Assembly (NCBI GenBank): GCA_964372275.1 | Contig: CAYJRR010000003.1 | Coordinates: 12,638 to 76,637, forward strand | DNA length: 64,000 nt | Direction: 5' to 3' | DNA from: an uncultured bacterium | GTDB taxonomy: Bacteria; CAYJRR01 | Shown: positions 1 through 9,344 of the stretch, piece after piece | Numbering within the stretch: the first letter of the stretch is position 1 | Layout: each line of letters opens with the position of its first letter | Position numbers and translations under genes: made by a program | The notes under the pieces: model-generated | Database searches by the model: none | The model's input: only the letters and a program-made list of their open reading frames with translations | What the model was told of the DNA's origin: nothing

Positions 1-1039
1 CGACGGATCGGCCGATGCCTCCGCCGTGCTGTCGGTCGCGGACCGGCTCGCCGAGGGGGTCGTCGACTACAAAGTGGTCGTCCTCAAGAGCACCGTGCCG
101 GTCGGAACGACCGAACGGGTTCGACGGGCGATCGCCGCCTCCGCCGCGGCGCCGTTCGACGTGGCGATGAACCCCGAGTTCCTGAAGGAGGGGGCGGCCC
201 TGGACGACTTCCAGCGGCCGGACCGGGTGGTGATCGGGACCGACAGCCCCCGCGCGCGCGCGGTGCTGCAGGAGCTCTACGAACCGTTCGTCCGGACGGG
301 AAAGGCGATCCTGTTCATGGATCCGCTCTCCGCGGAGATGACCAAGTACGCGGCGAACGCCATGCTCGCGACCAAGATCTCCTTCATGAACGAGATCGCG
401 TCGCTGTGCGAGGCGACCGGGGCCGACGTGGAGATGGTCCGCAAGGGGATCGGATCGGACAGCCGCATCGGCTTCCAGTTCATCTTTCCGGGTGCCGGAT
501 ATGGTGGGAGCTGCTTCCCCAAGGACGTGCGGGCGCTGTCGCGCATCGGCCGCGAGCGCGGCGTCACGATGCGTCTCGCCGAGGCGGTGGAGGAGGTGAA
601 CCGCGACGCGCGGAGACGGCTCGCCGACCGCGTCGTCGCCCGCCTGGCGGGGAGTCGCGGTCCCCGGGCCGCGATCTGGGGGTTGAGCTTCAAGCCGCGG
701 ACCGACGACGTTCGCGAGGCGCCGGCGATCGAGATCGCCGAGCGGCTGCTCGCGGCCGGATTCCGCGTCGCGGCCTTCGATCCGGTCGCAACGAAGACGG
801 CGCGGGCGATCCTGGGCGATCGGGTCGTCTTCGCGCCCGGGATGTACGACGCGATCGAAGGGGCCGACGTCCTGGTGGTCGTCACCGAGTGGAACGAGTT
901 CCGGCAACCCGACTTCGACCGGATGCGCCGGCAGATGCGGCAGCCGATCGTCTTCGACGGCCGCAACCTCTACGACCCCGTGCGGATGGTGCAGCACGGC
1001 TTCGAGCACCACTCCATCGGACGGCCGGTTTCGCGGTAG
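1..1039 (+). CDS. ugd: UDP-glucose 6-dehydrogenase / nucleotide-sugar dehydrogenase, 5'-truncated by the window edge
   Basis: Translation of 26..1039 shows the nucleotide-sugar dehydrogenase central and C-terminal domains, including a GGSCFPKD catalytic Cys motif and a UDP-binding C-terminus. The frame is open back to nt 1. Confidence 0.7.
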   Translation, partial: DGSADASAVLSVADRLAEGVVDYKVVVLKSTVPVGTTERVRRAIAASAAAPFDVAMNPEFLKEGAALDDFQRPDRVVIGTDSPRARAVLQELYEPFVRTGKAILFMDPLSAEMTKYAANAMLATKISFMNEIASLCEATGADVEMVRKGIGSDSRIGFQFIFPGAGYGGSCFPKDVRALSRIGRERGVTMRLAEAVEEVNRDARRRLADRVVARLAGSRGPRAAIWGLSFKPRTDDVREAPAIEIAERLLAAGFRVAAFDPVATKTARAILGDRVVFAPGMYDAIEGADVLVVVTEWNEFRQPDFDRMRRQMRQPIVFDGRNLYDPVRMVQHGFEHHSIGRPVSR

Positions 1040-1043
1040 CCTA

Positions 1044-3842
1044 TTGCCCGTGGCCCCCTCCCACAAGCCGTTCGGGAAGTACCACCTGCTGGAGAAGCTG
1101 GCGATGGGGGGGATGGCCGAGATCTTCCTGGCCCGCAACACCCAGGACCCGAATCCCGAGAACTACCTGGCGATCAAGCGGATTCTGCCGCACTACACCG
1201 GCAACGGGCAGTTCGTCGACATGTTCATCGACGAAGCCAAGCTGACGATCCAGCTCTCGCATCCGAACATCGTTCCCGTCTTCGACCTCGGACGGATCGA
1301 CGACCACTACTTCCTGGCGATGGAGTACGTCGCCGGCCAGGACCTGAAGAAGATCGCCGCGCGATGCGCCGAGCGCGGGGTGCGGCTGGCGTTCGAGCAC
1401 TCGGCCTACATCCTGGCGGAGCTGCTCAAGGGACTCGACCACGCCCACGCCAAGACCGATCCCGCGGGCCGGCTCCTCGGGATCGTGCACCGCGACGTCA
1501 GTCCCCAGAACATCCTCGTCGGCTACGACGGCACGGTGAAGATCACCGACTTCGGGATCGCCAAGGCCTCGGCGAAGCTCGACTCGACGCAGGCCGGCAC
1601 GCTCAAGGGGAAGTTCGGGTACATGGCGCCGGAACAGGTCGTGGCCGGGGGGCCTCCGCTCGACCGCCGCAGCGACGTCTTCACCGCCGGGATCGTGCTC
1701 TGGGAGTTGATCACCGGTCAGCGTCTGTTCGACGGAAAGACCGAGGTGGAGGTCCTGGAGCGCGTCCGCAAGGCGCTGATCGAGCCGCCGTCGACGATCG
1801 TGGCCGACGTGCCGCGGGAGCTGGAGCGGGTGGTGTTCAAGGCGCTGATCAAGGATCCCGCGAAGCGATACCAGACGGCGCAGGCGATGGCGGCCGATCT
1901 GACCGCCTGGCTCGACGCGGCCGCGCCGGGGTTCGGACCGCCCGATCTTCAGGCGGTGATGGAGGAGCTGTTCCCGGAGGAGCTGGAGTACGTCCGGGCC
2001 AAATGGAACGTGGGGTGGGCGACCGACGCCGCGAATGCGCCGCCCGAGGTCGCGGTCGAGGAGGAGGAGACGGTCGACGAGGAGCCCGCCGGCGGGCCGG
2101 CGGCCGGCGGTGGGCTTGCCGCCGCGGCCGCGCCGGCAGCGGGCCGCGCGCCGTCCGTCTCGGCGGCGACGGCGCCGCGCCGCGAAGCGGCGATGGCCGC
2201 CGCCAATGGAACCGTCGCCGGTGCGGCGGCGCTCGACGAAGACGCCCCCGAGCCCGAGCCGGCCGAGCCCGAGTCCGAGCCGGAAAAGGACGACTCCGCC
2301 AAACCCGAGGCGATGGAGGCCGAGCCGGTGGTGGCCGGGGCGGACGAAGACGACGAGGAGGACCGTACCGGGAACTTTCCGGGTCCCGCCCGCGTCACGG
2401 CCCCGCCCCCGCCCCCGGCGCCGGGGGCGCGGGCGCCGGCGCCACCGTTCGTGGCGAGGCGGGGCCCGACTCCGGTCGCGGCGGCGGCCCGAGCGGTCGA
2501 TGAGCCGGCGGCCGACAAGACGAACGTCGGTGTCTCGGCGATCGAGGAGAACGACCCGCTCGACGACCCGACGATGGCGATCCAAGGACTTCCGCCACCG
2601 TCGGCGGGGCGGAGGTCGGCCATCGCGTCGCCGCCCGGATCGATCCCCGGCGGCGAGCGAACCGGGGGAAAGATCCCCTCGCCGCCGGCGGAACGTACCG
2701 GCGGGAAGATCCCGTCCCCCCCCGGAATGGCGCCCCCCGGCACGGAACGGACCGGCGGGAAGATCCCCTCCCCACCGGCGGAGCGCACCGGCGGGAAGAT
2801 TCCGTCCCCGCCAGTGGCGGAACGAACCGGTGGAAAGATCCCCTCGCCGCCCGTGGGCGAGTCGACCGGCTCGGTCACCAAGGGCGGCGCCGCGGCGCGC
2901 CCGGCGCCGCCGTCCCCGCCGGCCCGCGCCTTCTCCCCACCGGCCCCGCCACCGGCCAAGCCGAAGGGACCGGCGATTCGGTCGGCGGCCGACTTCTGGG
3001 GGGACGACGACGAGGGGGAGGACGAGTCGGGAGGCGGAAAGAGGCCGCAGGCCAACATCGACGTCGATGCGCTCGCCAGCGGCACGACGGTCGGGATCAA
3101 CATGCTCCCACCCGAGAAGCCGGCGCGGAAGGATCGCGGGCCGCCCCCGAAGCCCGGCGAGGCGCCGGAGGTGCCGCGCCGGTCGGGTGGGCGAACGTTT
3201 CGGGTATGGACGTTGCTGCTGGTGCTCGGCGTCGCCGCCACCGCCGGTCTGGTCTATGCCGGGATCGTCCCCAATCCGCTCCCCAAGCTCGGGATCGGCG
3301 TCGAACCGTCGCCGGATGGGGGGCCGTCCGCCGCCGCACCGGACGAAGCGGCGGCCACACCCTCGATCCCCGAAGCGGTCACCGAACCGCCTCGCGTGGA
3401 GGCCGCGCTCGCCGAGATCCCGATCGACTCCGATCCGCCGGGGGCGTCGGTGGCGATCGATGGAACGGCCCAGGAGGGTCGGACCCCGCTCACGGTGAAG
3501 GTGCCGGTCGGACGGCACGCGGTGACCCTCACGCTCGACGGCCACCAGCCGTTGGAGACGACGCTCGAGGTGACCGGCGCAGGACCGGGGAAACCGATCA
3601 AGCACATGCTGGTGAAGGCGGTCGCGTCGATGCGCGTCGTCTCCGTGCCGGCCGGGGCCAAGGTGTTCGCCGACGGCGAGTACAAGGGCCTCACGCCGGT
3701 GACCCTCGAAGGGCTGGAGCCGGGGAAGCCGCTGATGGTGAACGTCAGCCACCCGGGCTACAGGAAGGCGCGCCGGACGCAGGTGCCGACCGGGAATCCG
3801 ACCGAGGACGTGATGCGGATCGACCTGAAGCCGGTCGATTGA
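1044..3842 (+). CDS. Eukaryotic-like Ser/Thr protein kinase with a low-complexity linker, a TM segment and two C-terminal PEGA domains
   Basis: The N-terminal Hanks kinase carries the VAIK, HRDVSPQNILV and DFGIAKA motifs. A Pro/Ala/Glu-rich middle region holds five ERTGGKIPSPPA repeats. A hydrophobic stretch (TLLLVLGVAATAGLVYAGIV) is followed by two PEGA-like beta-sandwich repeats. TTG start. Confidence 0.75.
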   Translation: MPVAPSHKPFGKYHLLEKLAMGGMAEIFLARNTQDPNPENYLAIKRILPHYTGNGQFVDMFIDEAKLTIQLSHPNIVPVFDLGRIDDHYFLAMEYVAGQDLKKIAARCAERGVRLAFEHSAYILAELLKGLDHAHAKTDPAGRLLGIVHRDVSPQNILVGYDGTVKITDFGIAKASAKLDSTQAGTLKGKFGYMAPEQVVAGGPPLDRRSDVFTAGIVLWELITGQRLFDGKTEVEVLERVRKALIEPPSTIVADVPRELERVVFKALIKDPAKRYQTAQAMAADLTAWLDAAAPGFGPPDLQAVMEELFPEELEYVRAKWNVGWATDAANAPPEVAVEEEETVDEEPAGGPAAGGGLAAAAAPAAGRAPSVSAATAPRREAAMAAANGTVAGAAALDEDAPEPEPAEPESEPEKDDSAKPEAMEAEPVVAGADEDDEEDRTGNFPGPARVTAPPPPPAPGARAPAPPFVARRGPTPVAAAARAVDEPAADKTNVGVSAIEENDPLDDPTMAIQGLPPPSAGRRSAIASPPGSIPGGERTGGKIPSPPAERTGGKIPSPPGMAPPGTERTGGKIPSPPAERTGGKIPSPPVAERTGGKIPSPPVGESTGSVTKGGAAARPAPPSPPARAFSPPAPPPAKPKGPAIRSAADFWGDDDEGEDESGGGKRPQANIDVDALASGTTVGINMLPPEKPARKDRGPPPKPGEAPEVPRRSGGRTFRVWTLLLVLGVAATAGLVYAGIVPNPLPKLGIGVEPSPDGGPSAAAPDEAAATPSIPEAVTEPPRVEAALAEIPIDSDPPGASVAIDGTAQEGRTPLTVKVPVGRHAVTLTLDGHQPLETTLEVTGAGPGKPIKHMLVKAVASMRVVSVPAGAKVFADGEYKGLTPVTLEGLEPGKPLMVNVSHPGYRKARRTQVPTGNPTEDVMRIDLKPVD
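2650..2868 (+). repeat. Intragenic tandem repeat: 5 copies of a 36-42 nt unit encoding ERTGGKIPSPP(A)
   Basis: Direct reading shows five near-identical units (GAACGnACCGGnGGnAAGATCCCnTCnCCnCC) inside the kinase linker. Confidence 0.6.
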
Positions 3843-3876
3843 CTTCCGGGGGGCGGCTCGCGTTGAATGGGGCGCT

Positions 3877-4674
3877 TTGCGCGCGTCGTTCCCGTTCCTG
3901 GTCCTGCTCTCGGCGCTGTCGGTCCTTCGCGCCGCCGCGGCGACCGAGCCGCCGACCCCGGCAGCGGTGCCGGAAGGACCGGCCGCGTCGAAACTGGCGG
4001 AAGGGGATCGCCTCCGGCTGCTCGAGTGGCAGCAGGGGAACGCGCTGAAGGCGATTCCGCTCTACGAAGAGGCGCTCAAGGCCGGCGCCGACGAGTACGA
4101 GGTCCGCTGGCGGATCGCCTCCGCGTACTTCTGGGCCGGGGAGAACGTCACCGACGCCAAGAAGCTCGAGGAGCTGGGAAAGAAGGGGATCGAGCAGGCG
4201 GAGAAGGCGGCGGCGCTCAAGCCCGACCGCCCGGAAGGGCACTACTACACCGCCGTCTGCTGGGGGACCTATTCGCACGGGATCTCGATCCCCACGGCGC
4301 TCCTCCGGGGGGTCGAAGGGAAGTTCAAATCGGCCGCGCTGAAGGCCGAGAAGATCGATCCGTCGTTCGAGAACGGCGCCGTCCGCAACGCGCTCGGCCG
4401 CTTCTACTACGAGCTGCCGTGGCCGAAGCGCGACCTCAAGAAGTCGGCGGCGTACCTGAAGAAGAACCTCGAAGCGACCCCGTGCAACCTCCGCACGCGC
4501 CTCTACTACGCCGAGACGATCCTCAAGGCGGAGGATCCGGTCGACGGAACGTCCGCCAAGGAGGCGGCGAGGGAACACCTGCAATACGTGCTCGACCACG
4601 AGCACTGCAAGGACAACCCCGGCGACGGGGCGTTGTCGAAACGGCTGGCGTCCGAGATCCTGAAGAAACTCTAG
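3877..4674 (+). CDS. Secreted hypothetical protein, alpha-helical and TPR-like
   Basis: Signal peptide MRASFPFLVLLSALSVLRAAAA. Lys/Glu-rich helical repeats and high GC3. TTG start. An alternative ATG at 3867 is in another frame and gives an RG-rich artefact. Confidence 0.5.
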   Translation: MRASFPFLVLLSALSVLRAAAATEPPTPAAVPEGPAASKLAEGDRLRLLEWQQGNALKAIPLYEEALKAGADEYEVRWRIASAYFWAGENVTDAKKLEELGKKGIEQAEKAAALKPDRPEGHYYTAVCWGTYSHGISIPTALLRGVEGKFKSAALKAEKIDPSFENGAVRNALGRFYYELPWPKRDLKKSAAYLKKNLEATPCNLRTRLYYAETILKAEDPVDGTSAKEAAREHLQYVLDHEHCKDNPGDGALSKRLASEILKKL

Positions 4675-4699
4675 AGAACCAAAAAAGGAGAGATCTGCG

Positions 4700-6493
4700 A
4701 TGGCCCGATCGGTCGGCGCGATGTTGCGTGAGAGGCTTCCGGCGCACGGTGGGGCGGACGGACTGTTGAGCCGGGATCCGTCCGGCCGGTGGCTCGCCAC
4801 GCCGTGGAGCCGTGTCGACCGAAACGTGCGCTCGCTGGCGTTGGCGATGGACGCGTTGGGCCTCAAGAAGGGGGACGCCGTCGCGATCCTCGCCAACACC
4901 CGCGAGGAGTGGACGACGATCGACGCGGCGGCGATGTCGATCGGCCTGCTGGTGGTCGGGATCTACCAGTCGAACCTCCAGGACTCGGTGGAGTACATCC
5001 TCAAGGACTGCGAGGCGAAGGCGGTCTTCGTCGAGGACAAGAAGCAGCTCGACAAGGTGCTCGCTTCCAAGGGGAACTGCCCGGCGCTGGCGCACGTCAT
5101 CGGCATCCAGGCCGACGGCGTTCCGGGCGGGGGGACCAGCTATGCCCAGCTGCTGGAGAGCGGCGCCACCCTCTACGGAAGGGATCCGAAGCGATTCGAC
5201 CAGCTCGTCGACGCCGTCAAGCCGACCGACCTGGCGACGCTCGTCTATACCTCCGGGACGACCGGCCTGCCGAAGGGGGCGGCCCTCTCCCACGCCAACT
5301 TCACCAGCACCTGCGAGTCGACCAAGGACGTGCTCGCGGTCCGTCCGTCCGACCGGACGGTGCTGTTCCTCCCGCTGGCGCACATCTTCGCCCGGGTGGT
5401 GCAGTTCTTCTCGATCGAGATCGGCGTGACGATCGCCTATCCGCCGTACGGGTTCACCCCCGACCTCCTCTTCAAGTGCTTCGAGGAGGTCAAGCCGACC
5501 TTCATCGGCAGCGTGCCGCGCATCTTCGAGAAGGTGTACGCCGCCGCCAACGCCAAGTTCGCGGAGGCGACGGGCCTGAAGGCCACGATCGTCGGATTCG
5601 CCATGTCGGCCGGCCGCGAGGTCAGCCGCCTCCGTCAGCAAGGGATGGAGCCGGGCGGACTGCTCGCGCTCAAGCACGCGATCGCCAAGCGCCTCGTCTT
5701 CTCCAAGGTCAAGGCGCGGTTCGGCGGCCAGGTCCGTTTCTTCATCTCCGGCGGCGCGCCGCTGTCGCGGGAGATCGAGGAGTGGTTCCACGCCATGGAC
5801 ATGCTGATCCTGGAGGGGTTCGGTCTCACCGAGACGACGGCGGCGACGACCGTCAACCGGCCGGGGAAGTACAAGTTCGGGACGGTGGGGCCGGCGGTTC
5901 CGGGGACGGAGATCAAGATCGCCGAGGACGGGGAGATCCTGATCCGCGGAACCGGCGTCTTCCAGGGCTACTACAAGAAGCCCGAGGACACCGCCTCCGT
6001 GTTGACCAAGGAGGGCTGGTTCGCCACCGGCGACATCGGCGAGATCGACGCCGACGGATTCTTGCGGATCACCGACCGAAAGAAGGACCTGATCGTCACG
6101 GCGGGTGGGAAGAACATCGCCCCCCAGTACGTCGAGGCGAAGCTCAAGACGATCCCCCTCGTCTCTCAAGTGATGGTTCATGGAGACAAGCGCAAGTTCG
6201 TGTCGGCGCTGATCACCTTGAACCCCGACGAGGTGGCGAAGATGGGCTTGAGCTACGCCGACGGGGTGAAAAGCCCGGCGGTGCGCGACGTTCTGGAGAA
6301 GGCGATCAAGGAACGAAACAAGGAGCTCGAGAGCTACCAGCAGGTGAAGAAGTTCGCGGTGCTCGAGAAGGACTTCACGATCGACGCCGGGGAGTTGACG
6401 CCGACCCTCAAGGTGAAGCGAAAGGCGGTCACCGAAAAGTACAAGGCGATCCTCGACGGCTTCTACACCGAAAGCGCCTCGGACGCGGCGTGA
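4700..6493 (+). CDS. fadD: Long-chain fatty-acid--CoA ligase (AMP-dependent synthetase/ligase)
   Basis: AMP-binding motif YTSGTTGLPKGAALSH and an ATP/AMP signature domain of FACS type. An AAGGAGAG RBS lies 8 nt upstream of the ATG. Confidence 0.75.
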   Translation: MARSVGAMLRERLPAHGGADGLLSRDPSGRWLATPWSRVDRNVRSLALAMDALGLKKGDAVAILANTREEWTTIDAAAMSIGLLVVGIYQSNLQDSVEYILKDCEAKAVFVEDKKQLDKVLASKGNCPALAHVIGIQADGVPGGGTSYAQLLESGATLYGRDPKRFDQLVDAVKPTDLATLVYTSGTTGLPKGAALSHANFTSTCESTKDVLAVRPSDRTVLFLPLAHIFARVVQFFSIEIGVTIAYPPYGFTPDLLFKCFEEVKPTFIGSVPRIFEKVYAAANAKFAEATGLKATIVGFAMSAGREVSRLRQQGMEPGGLLALKHAIAKRLVFSKVKARFGGQVRFFISGGAPLSREIEEWFHAMDMLILEGFGLTETTAATTVNRPGKYKFGTVGPAVPGTEIKIAEDGEILIRGTGVFQGYYKKPEDTASVLTKEGWFATGDIGEIDADGFLRITDRKKDLIVTAGGKNIAPQYVEAKLKTIPLVSQVMVHGDKRKFVSALITLNPDEVAKMGLSYADGVKSPAVRDVLEKAIKERNKELESYQQVKKFAVLEKDFTIDAGELTPTLKVKRKAVTEKYKAILDGFYTESASDAA

Positions 6494-6610
6494 GCATGGC
6501 GCCGCGATCCGATCGGGCCCGATCCGACCGGAACCCGACCTGCCGTGCGGTCGCAGTAACGCAGTGCGTTGACAGGGGCGCGGATCGCCATTAGGCTGTC
6601 TCGTCCGGCG

Positions 6611-6636
6611 TTGACTGAATTATCATTCACAAGGAG
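6611..6636 (+). promoter_or_regulatory. Candidate operator palindrome TGAAT-N4-ATTCA overlapping a TTGACT -35-like hexamer, followed by an AAGGAG RBS for the SCP2 gene
   Basis: Seen in sequence: ttgacTGAATtatcATTCAcAAGGAGcccgccATG. A second TTGACA lies about 45 nt further upstream. Confidence 0.25.
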
Positions 6637-6642
6637 CCCGCC

Positions 6643-6984
6643 ATGACCGAAGCCGCCGCCCCGCTCACCCCCAAGCAGATCTTCGAGGAGCGCATCCACA
6701 CCCGCCTCCAGTCCGACCCGGCCAAGGCCAAGGCGATCAACGCCGTCTACCAGTTCGACCTCACCGGCGACAATGGCGGAACCTGGACGATCGACCTTCC
6801 CCAGGCGCAGGTCGTCGCCGGTCCGGCGGGCAAGGCGCAGTGCACGATCACCGTCTCGTCGAACGACTTCGTCGACATCATCTCGGAAAAGCTCAACCCG
6901 CAGATGGCGTTCCTCCAGGGCCGCCTGAAGGTGGCGGGGGACATGAGCCTCGCCCTGAAGCTCAGCTCGGTCCTCAAGGGGTAG
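6643..6984 (+). CDS. SCP2 sterol-carrier (SCP-2) domain protein
   Basis: A 113-aa protein with the SCP2 fold signature (LQGRLKVAGDMSLALKL). Strong RBS. Confidence 0.65.
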   Translation: MTEAAAPLTPKQIFEERIHTRLQSDPAKAKAINAVYQFDLTGDNGGTWTIDLPQAQVVAGPAGKAQCTITVSSNDFVDIISEKLNPQMAFLQGRLKVAGDMSLALKLSSVLKG

Positions 6985-8201
6985 TGGTACCGCTCGCCGG
7001 GATCCGTGTCCTCGACCTGACCCGGCTCCTGCCCGGTCCGTTCGCCACGCTGTGCCTGGTCGATCTCGGCGCGGAGGTGATCCGCGTCGAGTCGCCCGGG
7101 GACGAAGACCTGGTACGCGCGATCCCGCCGGCGCACGCCGCGACGGACGGCGGGCCGGCGGTGGGGGCGCTGTTCGCCGCGCTCAATCGCGGCAAACGAA
7201 GCATCGTCCTCGACCTGAAGTCGGCCGGCGGCGCCGAGACGCTGCTTCGCCTGGCGGAGCGCGCCGACGTCGTGGTCGAAGGGTTCCGGCCCGGTGTCCT
7301 CGACCGCCTGGGGATCGGTTGGGAGCGGTTGCACGCGCGCAACCGGCGCCTGTCGCTCTGCTCGCTGTCGGGCTACGGCCAGAGCGGACCGCTGCGCGAT
7401 CGCGCCGGCCACGACCTGAACTACGAGGCGCTCGCCGGGGTGTTGGGGATCGGCGGCCCGGCCGACGGCCCGCCCGCGCACGCGGGGATTCCGATCGCCG
7501 ACCTGGCGGCGTCGCTCACCGCCGTCGGCTCGATCCTGGCGGCGCTTCTGGCCCGCGAGCGGGCGGAGCTCGCATCGCCGGGTTCCGGCCGCGGCACCTG
7601 CCTCGACGTGTCGATGTACGACGCCGCGTTGTCGCTGATGACGCTGCACCTGGCGGGGCAGCTCGCAGGCGAGACGATGCGGCGGGGGGCCGCGGCGCTC
7701 TCCGGCAAGGACCCGAACTACCGGGCCTATCGGACCCGCGATGGGCGGTGGCTCGCGGTGGCCAACCTGGAGCCCAAGTTCTGGCGGCGCTTCGTCGAAG
7801 CGGTGGGGCGCGAGGATCTCGCGCACGAGGCGCTTCGCGCCATGGGCGATCCCGAGGCCCGCCGCCGCCTGCACGACGAGCTGGAACGGCTCATCGCCTC
7901 CCGGACCCTCGCGGAGTGGCGGGAGCGACTCGACGGCGCCGACGCCTGCGTCGAGCCGGTGCTGGAGGGGGAGGAGGTCCTCGCCCACCCGCACGCGCAG
8001 GCGCGTGGCGCCGTGCTCCGGATCGACGATCCGCGCCTCGGGACGATCGACGTTCCGCGCACCGCCTTCCGTCCTTGGTCGGCGGCGGTGGCGGGAGGGC
8101 CGGTGGCGCGGACCGGCGAGGACGGCGAGGCCGTCCTGCGCGAGGCCGGGTTTTCGGCCGACGAGATCGGCCGATTGCGCCGCGAACGGGTCCTCGGCTA
8201 A
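6984..8201 (+). CDS. CoA-transferase family III protein (CaiB/BaiF, alpha-methylacyl-CoA racemase-like)
   Basis: The GIRVLDLTRLLPGPFATLCLVDLGAEVIRVE motif is typical of family III CoA transferases. The start is taken as GTG 6984, overlapping the SCP2 TAG (TAGTG). The ORF-track start at 6840 would overlap SCP2 by 145 nt and add an RG-rich artefact N-terminus. Confidence 0.7.
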   Translation: MVPLAGIRVLDLTRLLPGPFATLCLVDLGAEVIRVESPGDEDLVRAIPPAHAATDGGPAVGALFAALNRGKRSIVLDLKSAGGAETLLRLAERADVVVEGFRPGVLDRLGIGWERLHARNRRLSLCSLSGYGQSGPLRDRAGHDLNYEALAGVLGIGGPADGPPAHAGIPIADLAASLTAVGSILAALLARERAELASPGSGRGTCLDVSMYDAALSLMTLHLAGQLAGETMRRGAAALSGKDPNYRAYRTRDGRWLAVANLEPKFWRRFVEAVGREDLAHEALRAMGDPEARRRLHDELERLIASRTLAEWRERLDGADACVEPVLEGEEVLAHPHAQARGAVLRIDDPRLGTIDVPRTAFRPWSAAVAGGPVARTGEDGEAVLREAGFSADEIGRLRRERVLG

Positions 8202-8211
8202 GACTCCCCTC

Positions 8212-8424
8212 ATGTCGACGGGCGCCGCCATGTCGGAGCTGGCTCGTGCCTTTTGGGCCGAGCACCGCATCGACCTCGCCGCGACGGCCCTGGCGATGCT
8301 CATCATCTACGTGATCACCGGCGTGTTGAGCGGTGCGATCCGGCGGCGTCGGTCCCACATTCGTCGCCTCGGGCCGGCGGCCGGCGTCGGGCCTGCAGCC
8401 GATTCCACCGAAGGGGAGGCGTAA
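8212..8424 (+). CDS. Small single-TM membrane protein (about 70 aa), hypothetical
   Basis: ATG in frame. Hydrophobic core LAATALAMLIIYVITGVLSGAI followed by an Arg-rich stretch. High GC3. Its stop TAA abuts the GTG of the next gene. Confidence 0.4.
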   Translation: MSTGAAMSELARAFWAEHRIDLAATALAMLIIYVITGVLSGAIRRRRSHIRRLGPAAGVGPAADSTEGEA

Positions 8425-9252
8425 GTGAGCGCGGACACGAGGCTGGCGGTCGCGCCCGGAATCGACCTGCGTCTCCGCTTCCGGAAGGCCGACCGCCCGA
8501 AGGGGACGCTGCTCCTGGTGCACGGCGTCGCCGAGCACCTCGAGCGCTATGCGCACGTCGAACGGCGTCTCCTCGACGCCGGCTGGTCGTTCTTCGCCTA
8601 CGACCACCGCGGGCACGGCCGCTCGGGCGGCCGGCGCGTCCACGTCGATCGCTTCGACGACTACGTCGACGACCTGCAGAAGGTCTACGACGAGGCGAAG
8701 GCGGCCGCCGGCGGCGGGAAGGTGTTCGTCTGGGGCCACAGCATGGGATCGCTCGTCGCCTTCACCTGGGCGGCGCTGCGCCGTCCGACGGTGTGGGGGG
8801 TCGTCGCCACGGCGCCGCCGTTCAAGCTGGCGGTGAAGGTCCCGATGGCGAAGATCGTCGCCGCCAAGGTTCTCTCCCGGATCGTTCCGTCGCTGGCGCT
8901 CGCGAACGAGGTCGATCCGGCGGCGCTCGCCCGCGACCCGGCGGTCGGCGCGGCCTACGTGCGCGATCCCCTCGTCGAACGCAAGGCGACGGTGCGTTGG
9001 GGGGCGGAGTTCCTGGCGGCGATCGACCGGATCAACGCCCGCGCCGGAGAGATGGAGACGCCGTACCTGATCCTTCACGGGGGGGCCGACGCCATCACCT
9101 CGGCCGCCGGATCGGCGGAGTTCCACGGACGGACGGCGAGCACCGACAAGTCGCTCACCGTCTACGACGGCTGGTACCACGAGCTTCACAACGACCCGGA
9201 GAAGGAGCGGATGCTCTCCGACCTGGTGCGGTGGCTCGACACGCGGGCATGA
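8425..9252 (+). CDS. Alpha/beta-hydrolase (lysophospholipase / monoacylglycerol-lipase family)
   Basis: HGVAEH...HRGHGRSGG and the nucleophile elbow GHSMGS. Confidence 0.65.
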   Translation: MSADTRLAVAPGIDLRLRFRKADRPKGTLLLVHGVAEHLERYAHVERRLLDAGWSFFAYDHRGHGRSGGRRVHVDRFDDYVDDLQKVYDEAKAAAGGGKVFVWGHSMGSLVAFTWAALRRPTVWGVVATAPPFKLAVKVPMAKIVAAKVLSRIVPSLALANEVDPAALARDPAVGAAYVRDPLVERKATVRWGAEFLAAIDRINARAGEMETPYLILHGGADAITSAAGSAEFHGRTASTDKSLTVYDGWYHELHNDPEKERMLSDLVRWLDTRA

Positions 9253-9302
9253 CGCCGACGCGCGGACGAACGGGGGACGCTCGGCGTGCTATATAGCCAC
9301 CA

Positions 9303-9337
9303 GGGGTTCGGGGAGTTCCCCGAACAGCCCGAAGGGC
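9303..9337 (+). repeat. REP-like double-hairpin element (GGGGTTCGGGGAG..CCCCGAAC..GCCCGAAGGGC), copy 1
   Basis: Inverted repeat GTTCGGGGA/TCCCCGAAC plus the GCCC-GAA-GGGC stem-loop, just 3' of the hydrolase gene. A near-identical copy sits at 25992..26026. Confidence 0.4.
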
Positions 9338-9344
9338 GGAGCTC

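Noticed and set aside
1041-3752. 903-aa minus-strand ORF and other nested ORFs within the first kinase gene
   Set aside because: Mirror frames of the kinase gene, low complexity (R/G/D/H-rich). The sense frame carries all Hanks kinase motifs.
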